A DNA stretch of 64,000 bases from Octopus vulgaris (taxonomy: Eukaryota), in assembly GCA_951406725.2 (NCBI GenBank), contig OX597822.1, forward strand, positions 6,572,001 through 6,636,000, written 5' to 3'. Of this stretch, positions 11,971 through 27,419 are shown piece by piece. A model generated the notes under the pieces. The model was not told where the DNA came from, searched no databases, and saw nothing but the letters and a program-made list of their open reading frames with translations. Positions within the stretch are counted from its first letter, which is position 1. Each line of letters begins with the position of its first letter. Made by a program: the position numbers and the translations under genes.

Positions 11971-14149
11971 ATTAATTAAGTTTTTGAAATAATGAGATAC
12001 GTTAAGACCGCACATTCACCGAGTGAGTCATAAATGAATATGCATTACATCGAGTGTAATGGATATTTGTAGAAGCTGATGCGAATAGGTTTTATATGTG
12101 TATTTTAAGGTACAATATGCTTTATTTTTCATTGTTAGAAATTGCTTACTTTTTCATAGCATGTAGTGCTTATTGTAGTAGGGATTATGTGGCATTTTTG
12201 CAGTATTTAAAATCTACAATGCCAATAACACCCCCGCTTATCTTCTTCTTTAATTAAGATGTCATTATTGGTTTTCATTTGGTGGATAATTTCCCATGAT
12301 CTGCGACTTATGTTGCATTTGGTTTTAGTGTGACAGTTGGATATAAAGTCATAACATGTCTCTAATACCTAGTTTCTTATTGTTGTTTCCCTGTAACTGC
12401 TGCCATTTCCTGCAGCTGATTGACCATTGTTTTACTTTTGAATTGATTCTTCCGTTAGCGTTTATATTCAGTAAGCTGTGAGGCATATCGTACTGGGTTT
12501 CTTTGAAGTTAGTGTATTATGGCATTAAATTAAAATTAAACCTTTTGGGGTAACTTAAATTTGTTGTGCTAAAATATTTTGCATGAAAGACAGATTATTT
12601 TCGGTTTCTCACATTCGATTCGTATTCCCAGGAACCTTGAATTCTGTTTGAATGCTTTTAAAAACATCGTTTAAGTTTGCCAATCTGTGTGGGGTCAGAG
12701 TGCTACTGGTTCGGTCTGAGATTCTTTGTCGTGTTGTAATTCATGTTGCCTATTACGGAATTCCCGATTCCATATTTTCTCCTAGTGTTAATACTTTGTT
12801 TAAACATTATGAACTCAAAGTTACTGTATTTGTATTCTTCATGACTGTAAGTTTGAGGTTTTAGCCTCTCCTTTACTCTCATCTGGGATATATATTCGTA
12901 GGATTTTGTGGGTGCCAACCACAGATTTGCTAGTTCATCTCTACCTTTCTTTATTCCTCTTAAGAGGTCTGGTATCTTCCATGTAGCCAACTGTTCCAAA
13001 TACCTCACTTTTCTGCACCGATATCTCAATATATTCATTGTTATTCAGAAGTCATGACTAGATACTTCAAATTATTTCATCAGATGTAGCCACGGGATAC
13101 GTAAACTTATTTCATTAGATGTCGCAGCTGGATACTTAAAATTATATTTCCTTAAATGCTGAGTAACGAGATGATCCACAGCTGCATATTTTTCTCCTTA
13201 ATAATCCAAATCCCCTCGGCACAGAATCTCTAGATAGCATACCTTTCTTTTTACCACATCTGTTTCAGCATTTTCTGCACACAAGGAAATAGATTTGGAC
13301 ATCGATTATAAATATTGTACGGTATTTAACAGTGTCCTAGAGCAAAGGTTGAGTACTGTACACAAGTTACTGAACTTCCTTGAATTCGGTGACCAATGTC
13401 GAACTCAGTTGTCCTCAGGCGTGCTACGCTTATCGGGACTTTATTCTGATGAAGCTGTGAAGAAAGGACTTCATCAGCTTCACATTTGATCTTGCCTCTA
13501 CGCTCAAAACTAAACAGTTTTGTTCCTAAATATACATGGGTTGAAAATAAAACTCTATGCTCCATGACAACTTTCGTCTACATGTTCCCAACCAATAAAC
13601 TCTACAAAGAACCACCAGCTTCTTTCTCAGAGAGACACGAAACTCTTCTATTGATTCGTCTTTGGTTTTCACCGCCCTCCTCATGGTGTTCTTTGTGACA
13701 TTTTATCTCCTGCCCCATTTGTTGCATTTTGGTGGGCCCATAGATTTCTTGCAGCGTTTATTGCAGTTGTCTCTTAGCTCTATGATATTGAATGTTGCAT
13801 GTCCAAAACTGACACGGATTATTTTCGATACAACCCAAGCAATTTCTCATACGTGCATACACTATACACATATATACACCTACAACCACACAGGCAAACA
13901 CAGACACACACACACAGGGGAATTAGAACCGTGTTTCGTGGTCTGCTACCAAAGCAGCTCCTTTATAGGATCCAGTTAGCTCAAAACATCAGCAGGAGGA
14001 ACCACGACCGGTTTCGGCCCCTACTCCTCTACCGTTTTGACGTGGCGCCCCCCACTTTCGGAGGGATTCTTTCATGTGAACTTGTTATTATGTCGAAAAA
14101 AACACACCGTCTGCTTGTCATTCATTTCTTTTGCTATTATTAGTCAATT

Positions 14150-14541
14150 TCTTCCTCTTTAGCACTCCGTCGGTTACGACGATGAGGGTTCCGGTTGATC
14201 CGAATCAACGGAACAGCCTGCTCGTGAAATTAACGTGTAAGTGGCTGAGCACTCCACAGACACGTGCACCCTTAACGTAGTTCTCGGGAATATTCAGCGT
14301 GACACAGAGAGTGACAAGGCCGGCCCCTTGAAATAAAGGTACAACAGAAACAGGAAGTAAGAGTGAGAGAAATTTGTGGTGAAAGAGTACAGCAGGGATC
14401 ACCACCACCCCCTGCGGAGCGTCGTGGAGCTTTTAGGTGTTTTCGCTCAATAAACACTCACAACGCCCGGTCTGGGAATCGAAACCGCGATCCTATGACC
14501 GCGAGTCCGCTGCCCTAACCACTGGGCCATTGCGCCTCCAC
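14150..14541 (-). mobile_element. Full-length SINE family A with 12-bp target-site duplication (TSD)
   Basis: tRNA-like head with A and B boxes; TSD TATTAGTCAATT at 14138-14149 and 14542-14553. Confidence 0.92.
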
Positions 14542-15492
14542 TATTAGTCAATTAGTAAAAGGTTTAATGATGAAAGAAGCGAAGTAGAACTAGTGCGTGT
14601 GTTTCCTGTTGGCATAAAGGCCCTTCTCGAAGTACAAAATACATAGAACCATACACACACTCACACACACGTGTGTGTGTGTGTGTAAGTGTATGTGTTC
14701 ATATTTTCCCTTTCAGTTTATTATATAATATAGTCATAGAAAATGTTTTCTTTTCCATTTTTATTGCTAAATGACATTTAATGAACTTGTTCTCGTATTT
14801 CACATGTTTTCCACTTTTCACACTTCGAAAATGGTTATTATTCAATATTTTCTATTAGTTAAAATTATTTATGTATTTACTTGTAAATTTATTGTAAATA
14901 AAGAAAATAGTTACATTACACACACACACTCACTCACACACACACACACACACACTCACACACATACACACACACACTCACACACACACACACACACACA
15001 CTCACACACATACACACACACATACAAACACGCACACATACATACACACAAACACGCACGTGAGGGTGTGTGTATGAGAGATGTATGCAAATGTGTGTAT
15101 ATATATGTATTTAAATATGTTTGCTTTTAGAAAAATAATCCATGCACACTAGACACGTCAGACATTTTCTTTCACATACGGAGATACACACCAATATTTA
15201 GGAACACCACTCACACACATCTTCACATTCATGCGTAGACAGAAGCAATAATTTACTTAGACTCCATTTTACATTGATTTCACAATATTTATTTTCCTTT
15301 TCTCTTTTAGACAAAACAACCATTTTCCCTGTCCAAGGCCGTCGATCATATATAATGAGTGTTTGTTTTCTTAGCATAGTTCCATTATCATTCCTGTTTG
15401 TTTTTACTCTTCTTTTCATCATAGTTATTATTTTCATAATATTCCTTTTATCTCTTTTTTATATATTTTAATCGCCATCCTCCTCCTCCTCC

Positions 15493-15523
<31 letters not shown>

Positions 15524-16433
15524 CGCTATCGTCATCATTACCGACACCGCCGCCGCCGCCACTACCACCACCGCAATCATCTTTATCATCATCGTTTTTG
15601 AATATTGTAACATACAATAGTTGTTTAAATTGAATGGCGTATATTTTCGAATGTAACATACAAATATTAAGAACAGAGAATTTTTCTTTTAATATGAAAC
15701 AATTTGCACCAATTGCATACCACAAGGTTTGTATTTTCTGCAGTGTTCGCGATCTGTGTCTCTTGTATTCTATTGAATGGCAGGAATATCGCCCGTATTT
15801 TTTCCGATTTATAGTTGCTTTGGATCTATACCGGGTGTAGGTATAATGTTTCATAATTAGATTTGAAACTTGTAAGTTAGTAGTTGTTGAAATTACTTCC
15901 AAGAAAATGTAAGCTCATAGTAATTTATTTGAAGGGCAGAATACTGAAGTGCGCGGTTTAGCAAGTAAAACAAAATAAGGATAACGAGGGGTTTGGATTC
16001 AGCTGAACACATTTATAGAACCAACAAGTTCTGAAGGAAAGAAAGCAGACAAATGGCACGAAGTAGCAATGGGATTCTGTTAGATAGGTGATTCAGATTT
16101 TCTTTTTATATGTAAAAAAAAAAATGGATGTATTTCTACAACATGCTGATTATCTGTTGGGGTTTGTCCCAGAATGTGTGAGCTGCTAGTTTTTTCGGTA
16201 AACAAACATTCAGTTGGACGATCGACCAAACAATTACAATTTTTTGAACGCGTGTTTTTAACTTAATATAAAATAATGCAATGCATCCTTTATAATAACG
16301 AAATATCACTTAGGAGAGTGTAGTACAACTATTTGAAATGTATACACGATACAAATGAAACATAACGTGACATATTGAGTAGTATCTTGTTAGCATCTGG
16401 CGTTCACTTGAACACACACCAGGCAAACAGGGT

Positions 16434-16540
16434 GGAGAAAAGATTTGCGATTTATACAGGGAGGATATGGAAATACTTGCGATTTACACAGAGCGGATAC
16501 GGAAATGTTTGATTTATAGAGGGCGGATGTGGAAATGTCA
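16434..16540. repeat. About 31-bp diverged minisatellite, roughly 3 copies
   Basis: Recurring (T)TGCGATTTA(T/C)A(C/G)AG.G.GGAT..GGAAAT. Confidence 0.6.
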
Positions 16541-17011
16541 TCTGGCTTTGTAAACTGGAAACCGTATTTATTGTTGCTAACTAAAATACTGATGTCTGTG
16601 TATTTTGCTGTTAATTTATATCGTATACATTGCTTCATCTCTTTGTATATATCTGACAATATTTCCCAATGTTTATTTAGTAAACTCGTAAAAAAAAAAA
16701 AGATCGGAACATACAGAACAATAGTATATGAAAGTGAAACTGATTTGATATTGAGTTCATTTAAACGGAATAACTTTCAAATATGTAATCCGTTTGAAAA
16801 ATTTATAAATAACACAAGCGGAGAACGTGGCTAAGTTGTAAGAAGTTTGCTTCCTAACCATTCGGTTCCGGTTTCAGTCCCACTGTATGTCACCCTGGGC
16901 AAGTATATAATCCCGAGCTACCAAAGCCTCATCAGTGGGTTTGGTGGACGAAAACTGAGAAAAGTGATACAGACACGCGTGTATACGCATATGTGTACGC
17001 CAGTACATAAG

Positions 17012-17049
<38 letters not shown>

Positions 17050-17134
17050 TAGTTGACGTACACGGTGGATCTTGGGAAAGCGGGGCATATCCTTTGATTC
17101 TATTCTCATAGTTGTTTCGCTAATTCCATAACAA

Positions 17135-17490
17135 GATTACAATGTAGCCCTTAAAACGGTTTTTGTGCATTTACAAAGAATACCGAACTCTCATACACAG
17201 GATCTTGTTTTTAGGAATGTCCAATATGTTATGAATACCCAAATTGTGAAGTCAGTTATGTAATAACATGAAATTAGTTACCCTCTAGTAAGAATTCAAA
17301 TGAAGTAGCCTTGAAAAGAGTTTTTAATGCGTTCCCAGAGTATTTAGAACTTAGGAGGAAATACCAATAAGTTAGGTATACTAAAATCGTGAAGCATGTT
17401 ACGTAATAACAGACTAAACAGATATAAGATAATAACAATTCAAAGTAAATAACTCTGAAGAGGGCTTTTGCGCGTTCCCAGAGAATATTA
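17135..17490. repeat. About 155-bp diverged tandem repeat, roughly 2.3 copies
   Basis: Recurring AATTCAAA..TAGCCTTGAAAAGAGTTTTT..GCGTTCCCAGAG and GTGAAG..GTTA.GTAATAACA. Confidence 0.6.
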
Positions 17491-18549
17491 CCCTCAGCGG
17501 CGCTCGTGTTGGTACATTCGTGAATAGATCACTAACCGAAATAAGTGGATTTATTGTTTAGGAAAATACTATTTACTTGTTTAAGAGTTGTACTGGATAA
17601 ACTGCGAAAATTACTCTAGCAGTTCAAGTTCTAACACAAAGCATACTCAATTTGATTTATACTAAATGATTTAGGAAAATGAATGGGTTATTTCCCTTGG
17701 CTGTTAAAATCTGGGTGAACGGGTTATTTCCCTTGAGTGTTAAAATGAAATATATTAGATATATATATATAATGATCCTTCCAGGGACGTTATCATCGAT
17801 AAAAAGATGTAGGAAGAGTTAGCTAACAACTCCACAAACACACCCACAGACAGAATTTCCCACATATAAATACATATACGCATAACAAATATATATGTGT
17901 GTGTGTGTGTATGTGTGCGCTATTGAGTGTGAGTGTGTGTTTGTGTGAGTTTTTGTGTTTGTCCCCTACTTAAACGTGATAGCTGGAGTTGGTTTGTTTA
18001 AATCATCGTAATTTAGCGTTTGAGCCTCAGAGCTCGATAGAATAAGCACCAAGCTTTAAAAAATGTACTAGGGTGAATTTTTTGATTAAAATCATTGAAG
18101 ACAGTACCCCAATATATCTGCAGTCCACAGACTGAAATATTTAAAAAAGAAAGAATAACTACTATGAAACGTATTACTAAGAGTAGAACTATGTGATTCC
18201 AAAACAGCTAAGTCTACTTGTCGGAGTATAAAGGGTGAGAAAAAACGACCGAAATACATAAGCCTTTGCATACTGCCACATTGAATTTACCTATAACAAC
18301 AAAGGGGAAAACATGATTAACACAAACCTAAGACAGAATAGCAAATCTAATAGCGACAATAAAACAGCAGGAGCCCTATAACTGTACTTAGAGGTCAGGT
18401 CATATGCTTACTTCATAGCTATAAATGCAAAGTATCTCAAACATCCACTCAAAGTTTAACAGATTATGACTCATTGAATTTTCTTTTCTTTTCAGGCTGA
18501 GCCCATTAGAAATAATGTAGAGAACCAGGCTAAGATTTTAACCCCCCAA

Positions 18550-19593
18550 ACAAAGGGGTTGTCGTAAAGCCCTACTGGAAGTTCAAAAATGCAGTCGAAG
18601 AACAACGACATTGTAGGAGGAAATCTGAAACATAGTCATAAGAAAGGTCCCGACAGACTGCAGATATCGGCGAGCGCCACGTGGCAAGAATGGGTACTAG
18701 AAACAATTATAGAGTTCAAAAAATGATTTTGTATCAAGCGATAGGAATTTCAAAATCTTGCGTACATACCTTTTTGAAACAGTCATTGGAATAGTTACGA
18801 CAAAGAAATTTTCCATTCTCAATGAAGATGATCTGGACAGAAGAGAGTTGTTTTGAACGTGGTACTTGACAAGTTGTGTTGATGTTCACATTCTGACAAA
18901 GATTGTTTAGAGTGATGAAGCTAATTTTAGACCAATTTGCTCAATTAAGCGTCACAATTGCATTTACGTAGTCCTTGAGACTTTAGAGAAACATCATGTT
19001 AATTTGAGTGTAGTTACAATATGGTACGGCTTCTCATTAAAATGATTAACTGAACCATTATTTTTTATGGTACTGATACTGGTTTCATTTACTTGACCTT
19101 GCTGCAAAAATCTGCAAATATTCATGGAAACTTTGGAAATCTGAAGAGTTTTTATCAACAAAAGGAGAATACCCACACCACAATAGCAATCTAAGAGCCT
19201 TCCTTGATTAGATTTTTGACAAATAGGTGGTCTGGAGAAAGTGGTTCACTAGAATACACTCCGCTTTAAACGACTTCGTACCACTAGAATGTTTTAGCAT
19301 GGGAATGCTAAAATTTAAATTTATGGTAGAAAACTGGCAACAGTTTATGAGCGCAGCGATTCAACTATATGTACACAAATAAGGAACGGAATGCGTTCTG
19401 ACGTTTGCGACTCCACCATTTTGCGTAAGCGACAGTGGTTGGGAAAGAATGGTCGTCAGTTTGAAAACAAGCACCCATAAAACAATTAAATTCTGTTTGT
19501 AGATTATATCAGATTTTGAGAATTACATATATTTTAAAAAACATGAATTTCTAATCATTTACTATGTGTATACATTTTTGGAGTACCCTGTAT
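18550..19593 (+). mobile_element. Highly degenerate Tc1/mariner DNA transposon relic
   Basis: About 19220-19320 resembles the RW.GR.G..E(W)PPRSPDLTPLDFF.WG.LK motif (reads RWSGESGSLEY..DFVPLECFSMGMLK); right end TTTTGGAGTACCCTG-TA is a typical Tc1 end. The left boundary is uncertain. Confidence 0.55.
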
Positions 19594-22500
19594 ATTGGAT
19601 ATAATAAACATAAAATTCTAGGAGATGAGATGGAATGGTCACGTTGGGAATGATAGAAGAATGACATAAATTCATCTCAAAGACAAGTAGCAATATTCTT
19701 ATAGGACAAATTCCTTAAAGGATAACTTTCACTTCAAAAAGTTCATTTCCAATTCACCCAAAAGAATACAATTTTAATCTCCATACATGTTATAAGATGC
19801 TTTGTTGACACACTAACATTATCCAAGGGACTCACCATTATTTAAATCAGTGATTTTCATAAACTCTCAGGTTTGTTCAACAGGCAAGATTTCTAATCAC
19901 CTTTAACCGACACAGTGTTTTTTCAGCGTAAATGATATTTTTAGGTAAATTTGTTTTGACAGTGAATAGCTTAATGACTCAGAGGCAGATTAATTGCTGC
20001 ACAAAATATTTTTTCTTTAGAAAATAATTTGAACGAAGACTAATCCCGTTCCATGAATAAATCAAGAAATCAAGTAAAACGAAATGTTTTTATTGTTCAT
20101 ACAGTCCTTTGAATGACGCTACTTGAAGAAGGTTTGTAAGTGGGTATTTGTAAGTTTATTTAGACCAATCGTTTCAACCAATTATTAAGAACTATATACG
20201 CGGGCCTATTATCTGAAAATGCCTTCTGACATATCAAAGCATTAAAGAAAAAGGCAGTAAACAAACTTATACTCTTTGGCTAGTTCCGTTCCTGCAAATA
20301 ATTTTTCTCCCCGTAGCATGTTATTATTAGGATATCAGTTTTTATTAGGATATCTCGTTGATTTCCTGCATAATCCCAATTTAAGTGAAACTTTTGCCAT
20401 GAATGTGATGGCCAACAATCAACAAAAGATAGATATTTGAAACAAATTTTACTGATATATCTCACATGAAGCAACAGATTAGCATCCATTTCTGCCCTTA
20501 CATGGCAATCATTGCATGAAATATGCCTTTTCCAATGTTATAATGCGCCCATAAATATATTATGGACCTTACAAACAATGAAATTACATTGGGTTCGAAG
20601 ATGTAGAAGATAGTAACAATTATTTTGGAGCCATTTTTCATTCCTAAACACTTATGGGTACGATAAAAGATTTCATTGCAAGGGGCACATATCAACGTAC
20701 GATAAATATTTGTTAAGAAAACTTCTATTAAATGATTTCTTACACGATTAGTAATTTCCTCTGTCCGGTACTCTCGTTCAATTACAGTCCCATTAGCCAA
20801 AAGTGAGAATGCAGTTTTATTATATTCATCTGCTATAAACAGGGAATATTTCTAATAGATAATTGTCTTCAGATGTTAACATTATGAATTTTACATCCTT
20901 TGACCTGACTGACAACGAAGTCAAATCTTCACAAGGACAGTGTCCCTCAACATATTCATTGGTAGTTACGAAAACAAATGTTCAAACCATCAGGAATAAA
21001 CGCGTCAAATATCTGCGATCAGTTTCAGATTAAACCTTTTATGAAGAGAGCGTCTGCGTCTACCTTTCTTTCTATATTAGACCAGTTACATTCACATTGA
21101 ACTATCATATGACTAGCATAAATATAAGGATGCCCTTTATCATACACGATTCTAATAATAAGATACTTCAATGAATCAAACTTTAGCGCTACACATTAAT
21201 TTTTAACAAACGGTTGAAGTATACCAATTCAAGAAATTAGCTCAGGTGGCCTAAAGGAATCCATCTCGATTTCAATAAAGATTCACGTTTGCCTGAAATA
21301 TAGCAATAAAACATTTCTTGTGGAAGTTGTTAAACTTCATTATTATCATTGTGTTATAATCTATTAACCCTATTAATTAGTGGATGTGAACACTGTACCT
21401 CATCAGCCCAAAACACACTCGCACATAATCTAATATGTGAAGCACTTTTATTTACATTAATAATAGAGTCATATGCATGATTATACTTTCAACGACTACA
21501 ATTATTTTTCTGAAGCCATGTCATTGCTGGAAAACTAACACATCTGTGATTCGCTTTCATATAGTTTCTATGTAATGTTGAAAAATTACACTAGTTTTAT
21601 ATAGGCCAACTTGCTCAGTCTGAGAAAGTCAAATCTGGTTGTAATTGTGTGTATGACTTTACTATGCACATTTTGTTCAATTCGTTAATATGTGAGACAT
21701 TCGGCACTTTCGATCTTCATAAATACGGTTTCTCCCTAAATATCTGCATTTATTTAAGTGTACTGTATAATCTGAAACATATGCAAAGGCCTGTTCTTTT
21801 CGGGCGCAGACTATGGATGATGTATGCGGTTCGCTGTAGTACACTTATTAATCATTATTAAGTTAGCGTTACACTAAATCCGATTTCGCCTAGGAGAGCA
21901 AATTTTATCTTCAATAGTAGGAACTGTAGCATTTGATAAATTGAAATTATTTATCGGCCTTTGAAATTCATAGAGAAAAATATAAAAGAAAGAAAAAGCA
22001 CTTAACAATTTAAACATTTGGATACTAGAACTGCAGTTAAATCTTTATGAGAGTGAACATTTATTATTTTGAATGAAGAGAGTCTAATTCGGCGATAATT
22101 TGTAATTCTGACCCATGAAATGCAATAAGAAAACAAAATGAAGACTTAATTGGTGATTGCAAAGAGACAGGAACATCTTATGATAAAATAGAACAAGTGA
22201 CACCTGTATATATTTGCATATTTATAGTTATTGTGCTTAGTTGACAACATAATTTAACACCATTCAGTGATTGATTCTTAGTGAATAGAATGGCATTATC
22301 ATCGTTAATCCATGAATCCATCTGAACGTAAATTACGATCAGTTTAGAATGGCGAATTTTCGTGAAAAGACTAATTTTATCACAATTATGACTCATTAAT
22401 TGTATACAGGACATCTTACAACAAAAACCGCCAAAACTGCTTAAATGGAAAATGTGTTGACTTTGTTAAATTCAGTATAACTATTGTAAAATTACGGCAG

Positions 22501-24848
22501 TCTTTTTTCATTCTTAATATCGCCGTTTGTATTCTTCGTATATTTGCATTTAAAAAAAATTAGAATCATGTTGTAGTTTCCCTTTTTACTGCTAGAAAAT
22601 TGCTGTTAGGAATGTCTAAGTTCAGTAGGAGTGGCATGGGAGCTTACTTTAAACTGTTGTGAACACATGAACCATTATATTTAGTTTTACTTTATTGTTT
22701 GATAGCAAGTTGGGTCTTGTGCCTGCAATGTGATCACTGACGCAATTTCATTGCATTTAAAGTAATATTCATATATAAGAGATACACTTACTGGAAACTG
22801 AAAGTGTCATTCTCAACACTGTCTACACTGGGACAAATAGCAAACAGTGTCGATGAGATCAACATCTGGCAGAATTGGAAATTTTAGTTTTTACAAATAA
22901 ATGATGGGTGGTATTAAGAAGAAGCATTATATAAAGTGGTTTCAGTAAGTGCAGAACCAATGTTAGAACATACTAGGTTAGAGAGAGAACTAATGAAAAG
23001 TTTAGTGCAAATTGGTAGGATAGAAAGAGGCTACGTACCAGCTATAACAATAACATTTGAAGTAGACGGAGAATGTTTTATGTATTTGAAGATGTCCACC
23101 CTGGATGATAGAAACAAAGCTATTTGGTGTCGCTTCTCTATGAAAGTTGTTTCACGTGACTTAATTTAGGTTTTCTATGTCGCAACTCACTTAACAACGC
23201 ATCCAAATACATAGTGATATTTTCAAAAAAAAAATCTAAAATTCTGAATGATTATTAATTGGAATATTTTCTTATATAAAGCATTATCTTCTCAGCATTT
23301 CCTTCTTTAGAATCTTATCTAATTTCTAGAAATCTGCTGTGTCTGTAATTGCAGAATCGTAAGTAGCCAAAGGAAAACGTATATTATTATTTCTTAGTGA
23401 AATAAAAGCTACAAGTTTACAAAATCCAAAGAAAGTAAAACTCAAAAAAACATGTGATTACATGATATTAATAGTTTCCCAAAGATGTGTAAGTGAAGAA
23501 AAATATTGACGTCAAGTTAGTAAGTAGGGAACTTGTATTCAGCTTTTCAGAAACGTAGCCGTTACTATACAGCACACCGTGTCCAAAGCAAAATCTATCT
23601 AAACCAGACAGAAAATATCTGTTATCATAGCTTCTCACATAAATATTGCTTCAAAGCTGATAAATTATATATCAATTTATTCATCATGATTTGGTATAGG
23701 TAATTGAATATTTAACAGTAGGATCTCAGTCAACGGATATAATTACATTGACGTGAGAAAAGATGATTTGTGGTTACGTCTATAGAGAATAACAAATTAG
23801 GCTGTCAGAAGAGAAGTAGACTATTTAGCATACGTTGCTAGGTTGAGACTGCTGACTCCTCTCACTCGCACGTCTTTCTTGTATTGGAAAAATATGTTAG
23901 TCTTTGTTTTTTGTTTGAATTTTTTTTTGTTTTAGCGTTCGTGGTGTAACATCAGTTTGAGGAAGAACTAGTGGAAATAAATTCGGGAATTACAGGTGTC
24001 ATTACTGTAAATCTGTTTCAAACAAATTTAACATTCTCAACTTGAAGGATTTAAATAATAATAGTACATTTGTCAGACATAATATTCCAGCTGAGTAAAT
24101 CTATGGCGTCGATGTATATTGGCTAAGACATACATCTGCTATTCGGATACTGACGTAAATCTCTCTATAGAATTTACTCTGTGAGAATGTATTCCATATA
24201 TGAGTTGTAGGAATTAAAGCGACTTATAAATGTTTTATATCTTTTAAATTTTCAGATGAAATCCACAAGAATGACCGATAGGTGAAGAGACAAGTGTGTC
24301 GCGGGTAGCTGAGTGGCTGGGATACGAAGGAAATATAGTAGCTATAGCAAAAACCGAGAGGGGAGAGAGCACGCTTGTGAACGAGGGGATAGAGAGTGTT
24401 CATTTGTCAGAGAATATTCATGAAGCGGGTCTCCCTTCACTAGATGGGATTTATGGTGACAGTGTACATAGCCGCAACACTGACCCTAACATAGGTCCAG
24501 CACTCTAATGTAGAGCCTACATTTAGCCTTGCAGAATATAATCAGCGGTCGTGGACTGAAATATCTTCAAATCCATAAGTGAGGGGCAAGATTTGGGGAT
24601 GCGGTCCGCGCTAATATAAGGATAGTCCTTCGGATGATAGTGAGGCCCAGTATTTGGAGCGATTACAAGGCATGTAATTAGGTTTCATTTATGTTTAACG
24701 GATGAGTGGTGCAGTGGTGTTTTCGTGGATAGAACTAGCGCTTCGGTATCTTTTATCTTGCCGTTAAATGACAAAATGGAAGACTAACCCTACCGGTGGA
24801 TGCCCTGAAGTTTACCATTTATGGAATTAATGCAAGTATATAAGCAGA

Positions 24849-25237
24849 GTGGAGGCGCAATGGCCCAGTGGTTAGGGCAGCGGACTCGCGGTCATAGGAT
24901 CGCGGTTTCGTTTCCCAGACCGGGCGTTGTGAGTGTTTATTGAGCGAAAACACCTAAAAGCTCCACGAGGCTCCGGCAGGGGATGGTGGTGATCCCTGCT
25001 GTACTCTTTCACCACAACTTTCTCTCACTCTTACTTCCTGTTTCTGTTGTACCTGTATTTCAAGGGGCCGGACTTGTCACTCTCTGTGTCACGCTGAATA
25101 TCCCCGAGAACTACGTTAATGGTGCACGTGTCTGTGGAGTGCTCAGCCACTTACACGTTAATTTCACGAGCAGGCTGTTCCGTTGATTGGATCAACCGGA
25201 ACCCTCATCGTCGTAACCGACGGAGTGTTTCCAATCC
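24849..25237 (+). mobile_element. Full-length SINE family A with 11-bp TSD
   Basis: GGAGGCGCAATGGCCCAGTGGTTAGGGCAGCGGACTCGCGG head; TSD ATATAAGCAGA at 24838-24848 and 25238-25248. Confidence 0.92.
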
Positions 25238-27146
25238 ATATAAGCAGACAACGATATTGTTCTCGCCAAGTATTCAGTATTCTCTAACGTTCAACGTCTT
25301 AAAGGGCCTTTTCCCTGGACAAATCTTGCAGCCAAATCGTATATATACAAAACACATAGATTAAGTTTATAGTATCAGTAATGTTTACTATACAAGAGCT
25401 GTTTCTAATTCACACTTTACTTTTATTTTACTTGTGCAGCACTGTTGCACATCAGCAGATGGATTTTATGCTATATGTGAATCTGATGCACAGAGCCAAT
25501 AACCTGAAATGGCAACGGATTTTCGATATCCACCGTCCTTCTCCCACGGAACGATTTGTCTCACCTGGTTTGAGGTATTCAGTTTTTTTTTAACCTATGG
25601 CGTATTAAAATGAAACTTTTTCTTGGTCGAATCCCACAGCCGATAAGTGCAGGAACAAAATACACATATACACACACACATACACACATACGCTTACATT
25701 TATGTGTATGCATGCATGTATGTATGTATGTATGTATGTATGTATGTATGTATGTATGTATGTATGTATGTATGTATGCATGCATGTATGCATGCATGCA
25801 TGTATGTATATATATATGTATATGTGTGTTCTCCTTTCTACGCAGACATGGGTTCCACAAGTTGTCACGATTAGAGTTATTTCAAATTTAGAGTATTATA
25901 CATGCCCGAGTGACTATATATAATCAGCTATACTCTTGAAGGCTGTATCTCATAATGACAACAGTCCGGTGACTGGAATCAGCCTAATATTCATGTAGTA
26001 TTATTGTAATGCTTCAGAGACTACGCGCCAGCCTAGCTATATATTAGTTAAATAATGGGAAATATAAATACGAATGAGTAAATTAATAAATAATCGTTAT
26101 CGATTTCTCTTGCGTCGATATGAAATCAGTTGTTTTTATTTCTATTAGATCTACTTAAGAATAATACGTGACGGACAGAATGAAAATATTTATATCAGTG
26201 TACTTGGCAATAAGAATTTGAGACCCCATAGCCATTATGTTTTTATAATCTCTGTTACCAGTATTTCAAAGGATAATCAAAGAAACCACCTTGACGTGAC
26301 CGCTCTCTTTGCTGCAAATACAAGCCAAATCTCTATCATACATTTACCTACCATGTCACGAAAAAGAACAGTTTGATATGCTACTGCTCTATATATTTAG
26401 ACAACTACCGAACTGAGAAATCTGAAATATTTTCATTTTTTCAAATCCAAAGAAAAAATTATGAAATTGTACGAAAAGTGAAATGTAGATATGTTTTTAA
26501 ATATTTTCGATACTGAAGAAGTTACCGAATTCAATCATTATAACCTTAATACGTTAGAAAATATTCGATTACATGTGCGTGTTTCAGGAACCGATGACGG
26601 TGGGAGATGCTTAACCAAATCATTTAATATCTTTCACTGGATAACGGCATTCTGAATGACTGAAAAAACTTACAGGATGGCGTTAAGAGAATGCCTACCT
26701 GTATCCATGTGCTCCATAATGGATTGGACTTGGGGTCAGTCATGAAAATCAGCTTTTACAACTACAAAAAAAATAACAACAGTACAAGTATCAAAACTGG
26801 CGTGTCAAATGTATTATCAGTTCTGGAACTTTACAGAGATGAATTATAAACGAAGTGAAGAAACTAAATATCGAGTCAGTATATTATTTCATTATAGCAC
26901 AGAACCGTTTGAGTCCATTATATTCGAACTATTGAGATACTGTTAACTTGGAATGATGCCATTTTCATATAAGTTCGATTTCATTTGTTCTAATATAATA
27001 ATTTTTATAATTTTCTTTCTGACACATGACTATGGGCACATCTACCCAATCACGCACACAAAACATGTGAAAGTGCTTATATACATATATATGTGCACAG
27101 ACACACACACACACGCATATATATATATGTATACATATACGTCACG

Positions 27147-27219
<73 letters not shown>

Positions 27220-27419
27220 TAGACACTGATTTTCTTTGATAACAAACTTTGGTGCAAAGCTATTCGCAATAAGTTTTCTTCGACATAACTATGGGCTCTA
27301 CTGACACATCTCAGTTCACTGACCATATAGGGCTGTACCTGCTCCAGCGACCCTGCATGTATCTTTCAACTATCAAAGGGGTTTTATATAGGAATGATGA
27401 GCAGTTGAGAAAGGATATT

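Noticed and set aside
11150-13050. Possible highly decayed minus-strand RLE LINE
   Set aside because: Only a weak IIEV.GCP-like hint near 11210-11235; not enough for a call.
13446-13478. CTGATGA-containing hairpin (CTGATGAAG..CTTCATCAG) as a hammerhead
   Set aside because: The core motif is itself paired in the stem, and no compatible stem I/III arrangement exists.
14005-14022. Minus-strand GGCC-GAAA-CCGG-TC, resembling the 3' half of a Penelope hammerhead
   Set aside because: No CUGANGA or stem II partner upstream on that strand; at most a fragment.
24851-24925. tRNA gene (also at about 4237, 14470, 63310)
   Set aside because: A and B boxes are present but the cloverleaf is imperfect and each continues into a shared SINE body, mostly with TSDs.
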